This document shows positions 36,487-48,483 of a DNA stretch of 64,000 nucleotides, in pieces. The position numbers and the translations under genes are program-made. Position 1 is the stretch's first letter. Every line of letters begins with the position of its first letter. The notes below the pieces were generated by a model. That model was not told the origin of the DNA and made no database searches. It saw only the letters and a list, made by a program, of their open reading frames with translations. This DNA is from Yuukianura sp. NJ FZ-2021 (Eukaryota), in the NCBI GenBank assembly GCA_046563655.1, contig CM102290.1, positions 3,348,001 through 3,412,000 on the forward strand, written 5' to 3'.

Positions 36487-38022
36487 TTCCGAATAGGTAT
36501 TGGTCTACAATGAAACCAATAGCCTTCGACTCGACTACAGTTATTGGGTTTCCTGTAATCTGATGTTTTCGTTTTGCGGATGATGTGACAGAGGCAGCTC
36601 CAGTGATTCATCCGTATTATCTTTCGGATTTAACGCATTGAGCATGATCCTGTGACTCATTCGTCTTTTACTTCATTCAGCTTTATTCCAGAGGGATCCG
36701 ATCTCACGTTTCATTCCTGTAATTAAAATTAAAAATTAAAGAGAACATATTCACTCTTCAAGAGCCTTCCGGAACTTACGTTAGTAGACTCTGAGTCTGG
36801 AACGGAGTTATTAGTATTGATAAAATAAACACAAATTTACCTGGACTCGTATGCTTAATCACAAAACAAATCAATCCGGTCGACTCGTGAGGAAACACTT
36901 TCCTATGATTAATTAACCAAACGATAGCAATCCCAATCTGAACGAATAATTAAATGGACTTAAAGACTTTTAAACACACCTTTAATTAATGACTTCCTTT
37001 TGAAGACACATGATTTTTCAAATTTTTTATTAAAAAACACGGTTCACCAAAAAGTTACTTTCAAAATCACAACATTGAAAAATTGAAATTGGCGGGAATT
37101 TTCTGCCTACACAGATGGGCATTCTAAAGATAAATAATTTAATGCAAAATATGTAAATCAATTTTACGATAAGTAACCAACAATTTACAGTTAAATTATT
37201 TCATCTAAACCATTTGGTCTCATCTCTACTACTTTTTAGAATCATTTTGCTCTGATATTAATGGCATTAACGTATTAAGTTTTGTAACAAAGGTTAGATG
37301 AGTCATCAGCTATCAAAGCTAAAATATTCATTTACTATAATACGTTGAACTGGTCAAACCATCTTTTAATTAGTTATAAACGCGAGGCATTAATAAACTG
37401 AGTGTATAAACAAACAATCAGTTCTGCGATTCGAAGTATTTGATTAATTAATAATTTTAGTTAACTTCGAAACATATGTTGTGCCCAACGGAGTTGAATT
37501 CTGAAATAATGGTGAGCGTGTGTGTCTATTGTCCGTAAGTGCAACCGCCAGCGTTTATTCTGATTGTTGACATTTATGTGCCTTTCGGAAAATGCAATTG
37601 GGCGGGAACTGCGTTTTGCGCGTTCAAAATGCCATTGTAAACAAAATGTCAAGAAAAAAATTATTTTTTTTAACTAAAAATTAAATTTTTAACAAGGTAA
37701 AAAAAAATTTTTTTCTTTATGCCAAATTATAATTTCTTCATGTATTCTGCGTTTTTAGGCTCGACGTTCCATCTGAACACGCGATTTGTAGTTTCGCCAT
37801 TTTCGAATAAATTGTCGATATTCGCCATGAATTTTGCCATAAACAAACGAAATACAAAACAAAAACCTGATTCATTCTTTTTTTTTTCTTTTTTTTTAGC
37901 ATTGTTTTCGTGGACCCACCCAATCACTCTGTTGCTATTTTTTTTTCAGTTGATTTAGTTTCAATTCAATCAGTGAATTCAGTTATTTGGCAGCTATTGA
38001 AGTGAGTCTACGTTTTGGGACA

Positions 38023-39111
38023 ATGAAGAGGGCACCGAGCTTAGGTACGCCGTCCATCTATTCTCATACAACCACTAGATCTACTGGCCTAGGTGCAAGG
38101 TCAGCGAGGTCAATCAAATCCCTCCAAATTCCATGGTACAAAACTCCTTGGCTGCAACAAACCTTCGGAAAGGATATTCAGAAGTACTCTCTATTTGCTG
38201 GCATCTATTCTATAGTAAGAATTGATTAACATAAAAGTTAAAGTTGTGAACTGTTGCCATAACCATAAATCACGTTGGAAGTTGGCGTAATTCTTTTACG
38301 TGTCTATTCAGGTGATAAGCGTTTTCACACTCGGGACGTCTATGTTCGATCTGTATTGCCTCTTTGAAGCTGCTCCTGGTAGTGTACATTACGGTTATTA
38401 CATAATATCCTTCGACTTCGTGTACGTTGGGAACAAGCATGGTAAGTGTATATATGGGGTTAATCGGATAAGGATGGAGAAAACTCAGTCTTGTCGTCAG
38501 ATAATCATGCTGTGTGTGTTTAAAAGTGCGGAATTTACTTATCACAATCGCCTTTTTCTCGGCTGTTGGGGCAATAGTCCTTTTTGTGACGAGCATTGTA
38601 TTGATACAGGCCCTGCGAAAGGTTGGTAAAGTGCACGTTTTTTGTGTGGTGTATTTGAGGTATTTACTTGTAAGAACTACCCTAATGTTTATGTTTTTCC
38701 AGGAGTACGAAAAGAAGATGCTACCTTGGCTGATATGTATGTTTGCGTTCGCAACTTTTCGGCTCGTCGCATTTATCTTCAGTTCGGTTGTGAATGATAT
38801 GATCTTCACGTACCACATCATCATGTGCCTCTTTTGGATTATAATTACGATTTTTAATTTTGCTGGCTTGACATTTGTGTATTCTCTTTACCTGGAACTG
38901 GCGGACTTGACGAAATTGGAGGATTTGGCACATTTGAGGGTATGTTCGGCATATTTAATAGGAGTTCAAAGTAGTGGTTCATGATTGATTGATTGAATGG
39001 TATAATTTCCGTTTATAGATGGGAACAATGACCTCATTAGCAACACAGTCTTTGGCCGGGTCTCGACCGACAACTCCGCACAGTACATCTTCCACGGTCC
39101 CGCTCCCATGA
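38023..39111 (+). CDS. pasi2: Pasiflora-2, tetraspan septate-junction protein; exons 38023-38214, 38312-38441, 38527-38621, 38703-38939, 39019-39111
   Basis: Spliced product MKRAPSLGTPSIYSHTTTRS...IPWYKTPWL...DIQK...FDLYCLFEAAPGSVHYGYYIISFDFVYVGNKHVRNLLI...ALRKEYEKKMLPWL...VNDMIFTYH...VYSLYLELADLTKLEDLAHLRMGTMTSLATQSLAGSRPTTPHSTSSTVPLP*. It has four hydrophobic segments and closely matches Drosophila Pasiflora 2 as I recall it. Confidence 0.9.
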
Positions 39112-41230
39112 CAATTACCATCGGGCAGGTCCTCTCCACTTCTGACGTATGTTGTTCATTCATCTAGTGTGTAAGTCAAAATTTTGTATGTACTACGGAC
39201 AACTTGGAGACATTTCCTGCCCACCAGCTGTTTGTCAATTCTCTTCTTCTTTTTTTTTTTTTTACAAAGTTTCCCCGTATCTCATTTTACACTCCACTGA
39301 CGGACCAATATGCGCAAGTTAGAATTGAAAATGAAAGCGAAATGACGTTACGTTACTATGCTAAGGGCTATTTAGCCATATTGATGCAGTTGTTCACCTA
39401 AACTGAACTTCAAAATTTTAAACCCCTATTTTAGTCTTTTGCACTACTGAACAACTTCACTGTATACTGAAGCCTAACTCCGTCCATTTATAGAGTTTTA
39501 ACTGAATTTCTGTAGGGTAATGAAACAGAATCGCACAATTGTTTAAGACATTAGGTTAGTTTAGGCTATGTTAAATAGTCAATTTCTATATTTTTGATTA
39601 ATTTTTAATAATTTGTAAAACTCTTTCCGAAATGTGTGAGCGGTCAAAACCATCGTTTTTTTTTTTTGTAATCTTTTTCGAACTTTGCATACAGAAAAGC
39701 ACCTATCAAAAAAAAAAACGCAAAAGCCAAGCCATACTAACGCCCTATTAGTTACCGTTGCGCATTACTTCTTAGAAAAGGTTGCCATTGTCAGGTGCGG
39801 ATTGAATAAGTTTTGAATGGCTATTTGGAAGAAATTAATTTTTGGTGGCAAGTTGAGACGTATTAACGTCATGGGGAAAAGAAGAAATGGGGGAAGATGA
39901 GATTCTCCTGGAAAACTGAAAAAACTTTCAGTACTTACGATTAATTGAAGGTTGTTTTATGATTTCTACCAACCCTTTCTTTTGACATCACTATCAGTCC
40001 AATCGGTCAATCTGTTCAAAAGTTATGCATCCGAACTTTTTCCAGAATTGGCGACTGTCCTTAAAGTGTACTTTGCAGTGGTCACTATTAGGACTTAACT
40101 TTTAGCGCGACTTTTTCTTTTGATTAGCTACTTTTCATATGCAAAGGTTGAAAAGGATAAAAAAAAAAGTACGATGCGTGACTTTGTCAAAAGTTTACAC
40201 ATTTCAAAAAGGGTTACTCAAATCTCATCTGAATCTTTTAATGACTAGACGTAAGTTTTGCTTTAAAGTGGACAGTGCTAAGAGAATGTCCACTTGTTAG
40301 GACCCATGACATCGAAAATTAAGTGTTTCAGTTGTTTCATTTTATCATTCCAGTTGTAACACTCCGGTGAGGTGTAGTCAGAAATAAGCAATTTTTTATC
40401 CATTTTTAAAAGAGAAAATCTCAAAATCGAAATTATTGTGTAAAAGTGTAGTAGAGAGGCTTTTGTTTTATTTTACTAATCCGAAAACTTATACACGTTA
40501 CAAATAACTTCCGTTGTTAGATGTTTAGATTCTGTTCTAAAAATTTGAAGTTGTAGTAATTAGGGTATAGACTTGAGAGAGAAAAACATTTACTAATTAT
40601 TGGCATCCAAACACTGGAACTTGATGACTATGATAGTACAACGGGTTCTAATTAATAATTATTTTAATAAACGTTTTCTTACATACAACAACCGTTTTAA
40701 TACTTTTAGGTTCTTGTGCTTTTAGGTTTCATGTTTGTTTACCACAGAAGAAGTCTTGTAGAAGAACACTTTTAGAACAGAGTGTACAAGTGTTCCCCAG
40801 TTTAGGTAACACTGGGGACGCTAAGGTACTTCAGAAGTATACCAACCAACAGCAATCGTACTGCTCAACGTTTGGAAATTACATTTAATATTGAATTAAA
40901 CCTAGGTCTAATTTGTGCTTTGATTAACTTACGTTTTAGGAAGGGAAGTGAATTTGTTTAGGATATTCAAGGGGATTCCAATCTCACAACCACAAAAAAC
41001 CTGAGAAACTTAAGTGGGTAAGTAATTACATTTTGATTTTTAACATATATTTTAGGGTTAATTTTCTGAATTAAAGTTACACACTTATAATACTAATATT
41101 TTTTGGCATTTTCGCAGAATTTCGACACTTATTTCGATTTTTCTAAAGCAGAACCGAAGAAAAAAAGTTTGAAAGAAAACTTGGAACTAAAAGCACCTTG
41201 GCCTTGGTTGACCTGAATGTCTGCCTGTTT

Positions 41231-44200
41231 TCAAATGGTCCAAACTTGAACCTTCTCAGCAATGATGCACCAATTGGCATGGTCGTAGTACGAACTAATT
41301 ATATGTAAGTTTTGAACGTATTTTTCAATTAGTTTGTCTAGTTCTCCCTCTCGAAATACGTGGTAGTAACGATGATACGTTTTTCCAGGTCCTCCTGCAG
41401 AGTCCTCTGTCTCTTCACCAGCCACTGAAGAGGACTTGCTCATATCCTGACGACGCCTGCGCCGTCCATTTGGACTCATTCCACAAGTGGGCCCGGCCCC
41501 ACCCGGTGGAACCATGAAAGAACCCGAATTCCTATGTGAAGAATTCGTCACGGAGGACTTGGCTGAAGAGCAGTAGCTCTCAAATGAGTCTCCACCACGA
41601 ATAGAACATGAGCACGTAGATGACATACGAAAGCTTGAGTCAAAAGAAGGGTTCCTGGACGGATCCTGTCGACTACTTGTCAAGTTTTCTATGGAATCAA
41701 ACAGTGAGTCCCGCTCTTCCAGCTCTTCAAGCAGCCTTTCCGCAAGTTCTAAGGAAGGAGATGTCATGGAGACAGGAGGAGGTGCGGCGGTAGGTATTGC
41801 TGGCCCGGCTTCTCGCTCTTCTTCGTCACCTTGACCTTTGACTTTGGTGGCTGTTGACGGTGGCGATTCGTCTGTGAAGCAAGAGGGCCATTTTGCATCA
41901 GGGCCTCTCGGTTGTAGTTTCTTCACTTCTCCTAGTAAGATTTTTTCTCCAGGGTGTCTTCGCTCGGCTGATGGTCGCTTTGACAACGTTCCATGAGGAT
42001 GAGACTGTCCTGTCATGTCACTTTGCTGCAGCGGAAGGGATGACAACCAATCCGTAGTGTTTCCAAGTCGAGCCAAGGTCAACTTTCTTTTGGACTGTGG
42101 ACTATAGTGAGATCCTAAGCTGTCAGATGATTCAAAAGACCCGCCACAGCCTCCTTCAACTGAAGAATCTCGGCTAGATGAAGCTTTACCGGAATCGGAT
42201 TTCAGTTCTTCATTGCCAGGTAACTTTTCTTCTTTTGATTCGTTTCCTAGCAACTGGTCGTCTTTGGTTTCAATACCCGGCAATTCACTTGAAACAACTT
42301 CTACTTCTTTTGGTGCCTCCATAAGACTCTCTTCAACTTCTCGACGATGGGCCGCTGACGTGTCCTCCTTGACGCTGACGACGCTGCTAACTGAATCGGG
42401 TGAAGACGACGAGCTTTCAGAAGTATCAGCGTCATCCGTCTCAGGGTTGTAGAGTTCCACTGCCAAAGCTTTCGGCAAACTTCGTCTCACCAACTTCCGC
42501 GTAATTTCGGCTTTGTTTTTAGGAAGATTGACAGGTTTACGTAGCACGTCAATTCTTTCAATTCGGCGGCTTTTTGGAGAAATTTGAAGCTGCTGGCCAA
42601 TCTGTTCCCGTTCTTGAATCATTTCCTGAAGAAGGACAGCGTCAGCATTTTCAACTGGAATTTCTTCAGTTGAACCCATAGAAATTGGAGGTGGAGCCAG
42701 CACAATTTCTGGAACGGGTTCTGATTGACCTTGATCGGTGCAAAGTGCTGAATGTGGAGCTGGGCTTGGGCTTTCTGCCAATGGATGAGACGATGGTGCT
42801 ACATTTGACAAAATGAATTGAGTTGCACTGTCGTCAAATACAAATTTGTTTCCGCTGCGCTGTTCTGTCGGAGTGGGAATTGGATATCGAGTTGGACTCA
42901 GTTCAGGACTTCGTCTTCGTCTCATTGACGCCATTTCGGTTGCCAATGGCGACGGACTCTTGGGTGTGCTGCTATGATTAGGTGGCGATAGTCTCAGAGC
43001 TGGTGATTTGGAAGATCGGTCTGAATCGGTACTGTTTGCTCTTGTTTCACTACCGAAACATTCATTTCCTCCGCCATTTTCTGATCCCTTTGGAATGAAT
43101 ATAACAGAAGCAAAACTGTCTTCAGAGTCAACGCTCGTGTCGCTCTGAAAACTAGAGTCTTTTGAACTGTCTGATCCACCATCTTCACGTGACAACTTCC
43201 GAACATGCCGAACTCCCGGCACTAACTTATTTCCAACTGGGGTTCCAAGCCGAGCTGTGTCATGCAACAAATCATTTTCTGATGGTTTTCGACTCAAATA
43301 TGGCGGTGGTGAGAGGAGTTTGAGGGGTGAAGTCTCCCCAAGGTCCTTTTTGGCTACGTTAAGTGACCCTGCGGAGTTTCTTCTTAGGAAAAATGGCGGA
43401 AACAAACTTCGGCGTGGAGCGGAAGTAGTCGTACCTGATGGTCTTGATCCCATAAAACCAGAGTTAGGGCCCTTAGTAGCACTGGAATCCTCAGAAGTTG
43501 TTTCACTTTTCCAATTTTGTAAAATTCGAACAAGTCCATTCCGAATTGAATTGGTCGTTTGGGTTTGTGGGGGTGACGGGCCGGTAGTTGTGGATCCAGG
43601 AGAAGATTTGAGTGGAGTTGATGTACTTTGACCTCCTGAAGTTGACTCATAGCCACGAAATCTACTGCCAACATTTTTGAGAAGTTGGATACATTTGACA
43701 TTAGAAGGATTGAGGAAGGCTTCCTTCATTTGGTCCCACCGCGTATTTTCATTCTGTAGTTCCTTACTTAGAAATTCTTCATTGAGAGAGCATTGTTTTG
43801 TGATATTTTGTTTTAAAGTTTCTTTTTCACGGAGCCGTTCACTAAAAATGAGTTCCTCATTCAGTGACGACTGTTTCCATACAGAAGGACTTGGATGACT
43901 GACTCGGAGTGACGATTTGAGTGGTTTCTGAGGACTCACAATTGGTTTAAATTCTGGAAGATTTTTTACGGAAGTTTTGATTTCACCCCAAGAAACTTCA
44001 GGACTTGTTGAAGGGCCCCCTAGTCTGGGCCCTTCAACTTCAAAACTAACATCAATAGATGCCAAGGGAGAAGTGACTGAGTGCTTTTGTTTGACAAGCA
44101 TCGGACGAGTCGAGACACTTCGAGAAGTTGTAGCAGTTGTCGTCGTTCCTTGAATTTCTGGTGACACTGATGCTGTGACTGGCGTGACCTTTGTGTGACC

Positions 44201-47200
44201 TGCCAACGAACTAGTGCGTGACTCGATTGATCCACTGGTGAAACTGAGTGACTCAAATCCCTCTGTCTGTACAGCCTTGTGAGCAACATATTCAGGAAAT
44301 TCAACTTCGTCTTGTGACAAGTCAAAATCCAATTTCAAAAAGTTTGATGTCGAAGGGACTGCGACATTGTCGGGGTCAGTGAGAAGTGGAACTTGTTTCG
44401 GAGCCACAGGAGTGTCGGCGGGTGATCGATTCCAAGTAGACCGAAAAAGTCCAATGGGAATCATCCCGAGTAAATCACTCAGGCTTTTGGATTTGGGTTG
44501 GGCCGATATTTTGTCATGCGGATGCCGAAGTTCACGAGTCGTTTCCAGAGTTCGTCTCCTAAAAAATTACGAAAAAAAAAATCACGAAATTGCAAACAAA
44601 AATCTGCTGAGATTTTTTTTTCTCTTCTAAAATTCGTTTTGTTCAAACAAGATTTTACCTCCTGGTGCTCAAAAGATTTGAAAAAATTAAACTCCGACGG
44701 GCTAAGGAACTACTTTCACCAATTCTAAATAGTTCTGATAGATTCGATGACCCAAGGTCATCCGTCCCTTCCTTCAAATCTTCTCCAGCATCTTCATCCA
44801 TAGAAGCCAATGGCTCTATGAGCTCATCTTGTTCTCCTAAACCAAGTCCTTGTAAAAACCACGGACCTCTGCCCACTCGATTTCGTTTGGTTCTTGCCAA
44901 TTTCTAAAAATGAACAAATATTTCCAAAAAAAAGTTTCAAAAATGAATTTTGTTTTTGCTAATTTTAGCAATATTTTTCACCTGAATCGCTCTCCGGACA
45001 AAAGTGTAACAGGATTCATTCGGGCTTGACAAATCGGAGCTACTCTGTGAACTGCATGCGGGATCAATGGACTGTCCTCTGTGCCGAAGTCGTACACGCT
45101 TTTTCATATCTCTTTACAAGTAAGTTCAAACCAAAATTTTTGGAAATGAAAAAAAAATTGAACTTTTGAACAAAAGTTTTTCGAATTTTTGTGCGTGTTT
45201 TACTTTAATTACCTGAGTGATGGGAAGGAGTCCGAGTCGGATGTCTGCGTATACGCATGATAGTGCGTCGCATCGTCATCGGACGTCGTCGTAGTTGAAT
45301 TCAAATCTCGTTCAATGGAAGAAGTTTTGTCGTCGCTACTGGAAATCGCTGGTCGATTCCAAGGAACCAATACGTCTTGGGATTCAAACTAAAAAACAAA
45401 TCATGATTTTATAAAGAAACCTTAAAATTTTATTTGTTTTTTTCTTGCTAGTTTTATAGGTCAGAGGTCAAACCTTTCTATGCCGTTGTTCCATGGCCCA
45501 AACGGATACGAGTATTTTCCCGCCAATACGCAAAACTCGTGCCAACTCCCGTAACGCCTCAACCCTTCTGCCAGCAGTTGCAAAATGGTGGACAACCGCC
45601 ACCGACAAAACAGCATCGATACAGTCATCTCGAAATGGAAGCGCCAAGTTATCTGCGGTCAAAACCTGTTCAAACGAAACTTTTTTTGAACAAGTCTTCA
45701 ATTTTCAAAAAACGTACACCCATGAATTTTCAAATTGGTAAGTTCCAATTTGCTAAATTGTTTTTTAGGTTGTAACTTGCCATCAAAAACCTATTTCTCC
45801 ACTTTTGGTAATGACGTTCGATTAGTTTTAATTGGCTTTAATTGATTTCTACTGCAAATCATTAGTTCTAGTTGCAAAATGAATTTATCTCACAGCGGGA
45901 CTACGTCTTTGGGGCCATGTTTTGACAAAATTGACATTGACATTTAACGTCAATTAGCATTAATATTGTTAACTTTTACCTCATGAGCTTTGTCCCTTGT
46001 AGCAGTGACCAAGTTTGGACATCGATCCACGCCTAGCTTGAACAAATGTGGGTTGATGCCCATGTGCTTCCCGTTTCCACAGCCTGGAACAGAGCAAAGG
46101 TCAAAAACGTCAATAGACAGAGGTCATCAAATATGAATAAAGGTCATGCTCGTGCTTTCTCCTTGTAACCGGAAATGAGAATTAAGGTAAAGAAGACACA
46201 GGAGGAGCAGGATGGGTGTTTCCAGGCCTTTGCTAAAAATTTTAAGGCTGGAAACAAGGTGAGCAAAGGCTCTAGCAAAAAAGAATCGATACTTTCTCTT
46301 GTGCCTCACTTTCACTTTATTCTCCATCCCTAAATCCAAATGGAAACAGGTTGTTTCGTTTGGGAGCAGCAAAATGTGGAAAAGTCTAACCATGCCCTCA
46401 TACTTTCTTTTATAAGAGCTCAAACAGAAATGCGACACAAAACTTCTCTTTCAAATTCAAAAAAAAAATTCATTCAAGAAAGAGAAAGTTGCTAATGTGA
46501 ATGCTAAGCCTATTGGAACTTATATGCTTCTAGGGTTTCCTATTACAACTCCCATTGTAACAAAATTAATCAGAAACTTTTCTCTCAACTTTCACTTTTC
46601 GTTAATTTTTTTTTTTGTTTGTTTTATTCTGAAAGTTTTTGTTGGAAAAATTGGATTGTTTCTTTCAATTTAAAATTGAATTGATTTTTTTTTGCAAGTA
46701 AACTGTTTTCCTGTTCCTTTTCCTTCCTTCGTTCTCCTGTCATGTAAAATTTAGTTTGACGTCATGTGGACTCATTTTCTTGTGTTTAATAATAGATTTT
46801 ACACCGCGAAGTAATCAATTTATGATTTGTACAGGATCAAATACGGGCTTGGAGAAAATTACTGACGTTAAAGCGCTAAATGAAAATCCATCCCAGGTAC
46901 AAAGGCATCTTCAAAACCAAAAACAAAATCGAGTTAAATTTGTTTTTGGCATAATAGTATTTTGAAATTTGTTTGCTTTTTTTTTTCAGGATACTGCATT
47001 GCTGAACGACTTATCGCAAAGATTCATCGAAAAGGTCAGTGTAACTTGTTTTCTCTTGTATGTTTGGGAAACATTTCCTTAAAACTCAATTTACGAGGCA
47101 GTACTTGACGGACTTTCGAAAAATATCATTTTGGACCTGAAGAATTCATGAAATGCGTTGCTAAACTTGAAAAATTTCAAAAACAAACAATTAGTATATA

Positions 47201-47572
47201 TTGGAAATGGAACTGAAAAAAACGTGACTAGGCATCAGAAATTTTCAAAAAATAGGCGGTATAAACTCCCGAAAAAAAATCGAAAAACTATACTATACTT
47301 TTTTTAAACCGTTAAATTTCATAAACTTGCGTAAACCGCCGTTACTTACCCACATCACAGACAATAGAGCCAGGCTCTAGGTCGAGTAGAAACTGCTTAA
47401 CTCTTGGCCATGCGCGGTAGCTTGTGTCAGGGAAGTGACAAGCAATTTCCTGATAGACGTCATGGACATACGTCTTCTCCAGTGCGATTGACCGAACCTC
47501 GCGCTCTTCCCGTGACGATCCTTCTTCCAATTTTGCGCTCACGTCCGTCGTCCCTGTCCATGTTGGAATCAT
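41231..47572 (-). CDS. TRMT9B: TRMT9B/KIAA1456-like (Trm9/ALKBH8 family) SAM-dependent methyltransferase with a >1000-aa low-complexity insertion; 7 coding exons
   Basis: ALEKTYVHDVYQEIACHF...AWPRVKQFLLDLEPGSIVCDVG|CGNGKH (SAM motif I), DNLALPFRDDCIDAVLSVAVVHHFATAGRRVEALRELARVLRIGGKILVSVWAMEQRHRK|FESQDVLVPW. A Ser/Pro-rich region follows, then the domain-closing YHRYYHVFREGELDKLIEKYVQNLHIISSYYDHANWCIIAEKVQVWTI*. The ATG at 47572 is the first in-frame start after an in-frame TAG; other 5' exons cannot be excluded. Confidence 0.88.
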
Positions 47573-48301
47573 TTCCCAAAGTTCCAACTACCGTAACTTC
47601 CCTGACTCATTCCTGTTTAGAAACAAATGAAATCCGCCTAACAATTGTTTCTGGACGAAGCATGCCAATCACAAATTAAATAATTCTGTTGTTCATTCGC
47701 AAGAACATGGGCAGTTCTCACGCTTTCATGTCTAAAGTGATCGTGAGTTACAATCAAACAAAGTTCCAAAAACTTTCTCCTGAGCCAAACTAGAGTGACA
47801 CACAAAAGGAAGGAGAAAATCTGTCCCGCTTTCTCCTATGTTTTTTTCTTGGCTTTGGTGAAACACACGCGGCGCCACTGAGCGCTGCTCAGTTCGTGTT
47901 AAAGTATGCGGTTGGGTTTGCGCCAAAGCGAAGGTTCCCGGGCCCTTCATTAGAAAAGCTTATGCTTATTTGCTAAGGGTGACGACGACGTGTTACGTGG
48001 GATGATCCCATAGATACTCTCCCACGCACAGAAACTGCTTACAAAGTTTTTACTTGGAAATTACTGTTATAAAGGTAAAAAGTTAGGGTTGACCTTTGAC
48101 ATTAAATGTCTCTGCTGCTAGGTTATGTTTTCATTAGAAGTGGGACCATGGGCGGAACGGTTCCGGGTGAGAGGAGGCTCTTTTCATTTAATGAGTGAAT
48201 TGAAAACAGCTCTAGTAGCGGTGAAAGTTTACTTTCTCTTGAGACATCAGGCAGGAAAACTTTTTGACTTTTGAAAATTTCACACCTTCCCCCGTCACCG
48301 C

Positions 48302-48483
48302 AGTCAGTTATAAGTTATTATAACTGACTTTTATAACTTTTCTGTTTGGATATAATATAACTTCTTTTTTTATATAATTATATAACTAATATAACATAGG
48401 ATTGAGTATACTCAATCCAAAAGAAAAGTTTTTCCCGCTTTAACATAAAAGACTATAATATTTTGTATTTGTAATATTATAGT
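48302..48483. repeat. Cluster of four short palindromes/hairpins
   Basis: agtcagttataa-gtta-ttataactgact (48302-48329), tatataattatata (48371-48384), ggattgagtatactcaatcc (48399-48418) and actataatatt...aatattatagt (48452-48483). Confidence 0.7.
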
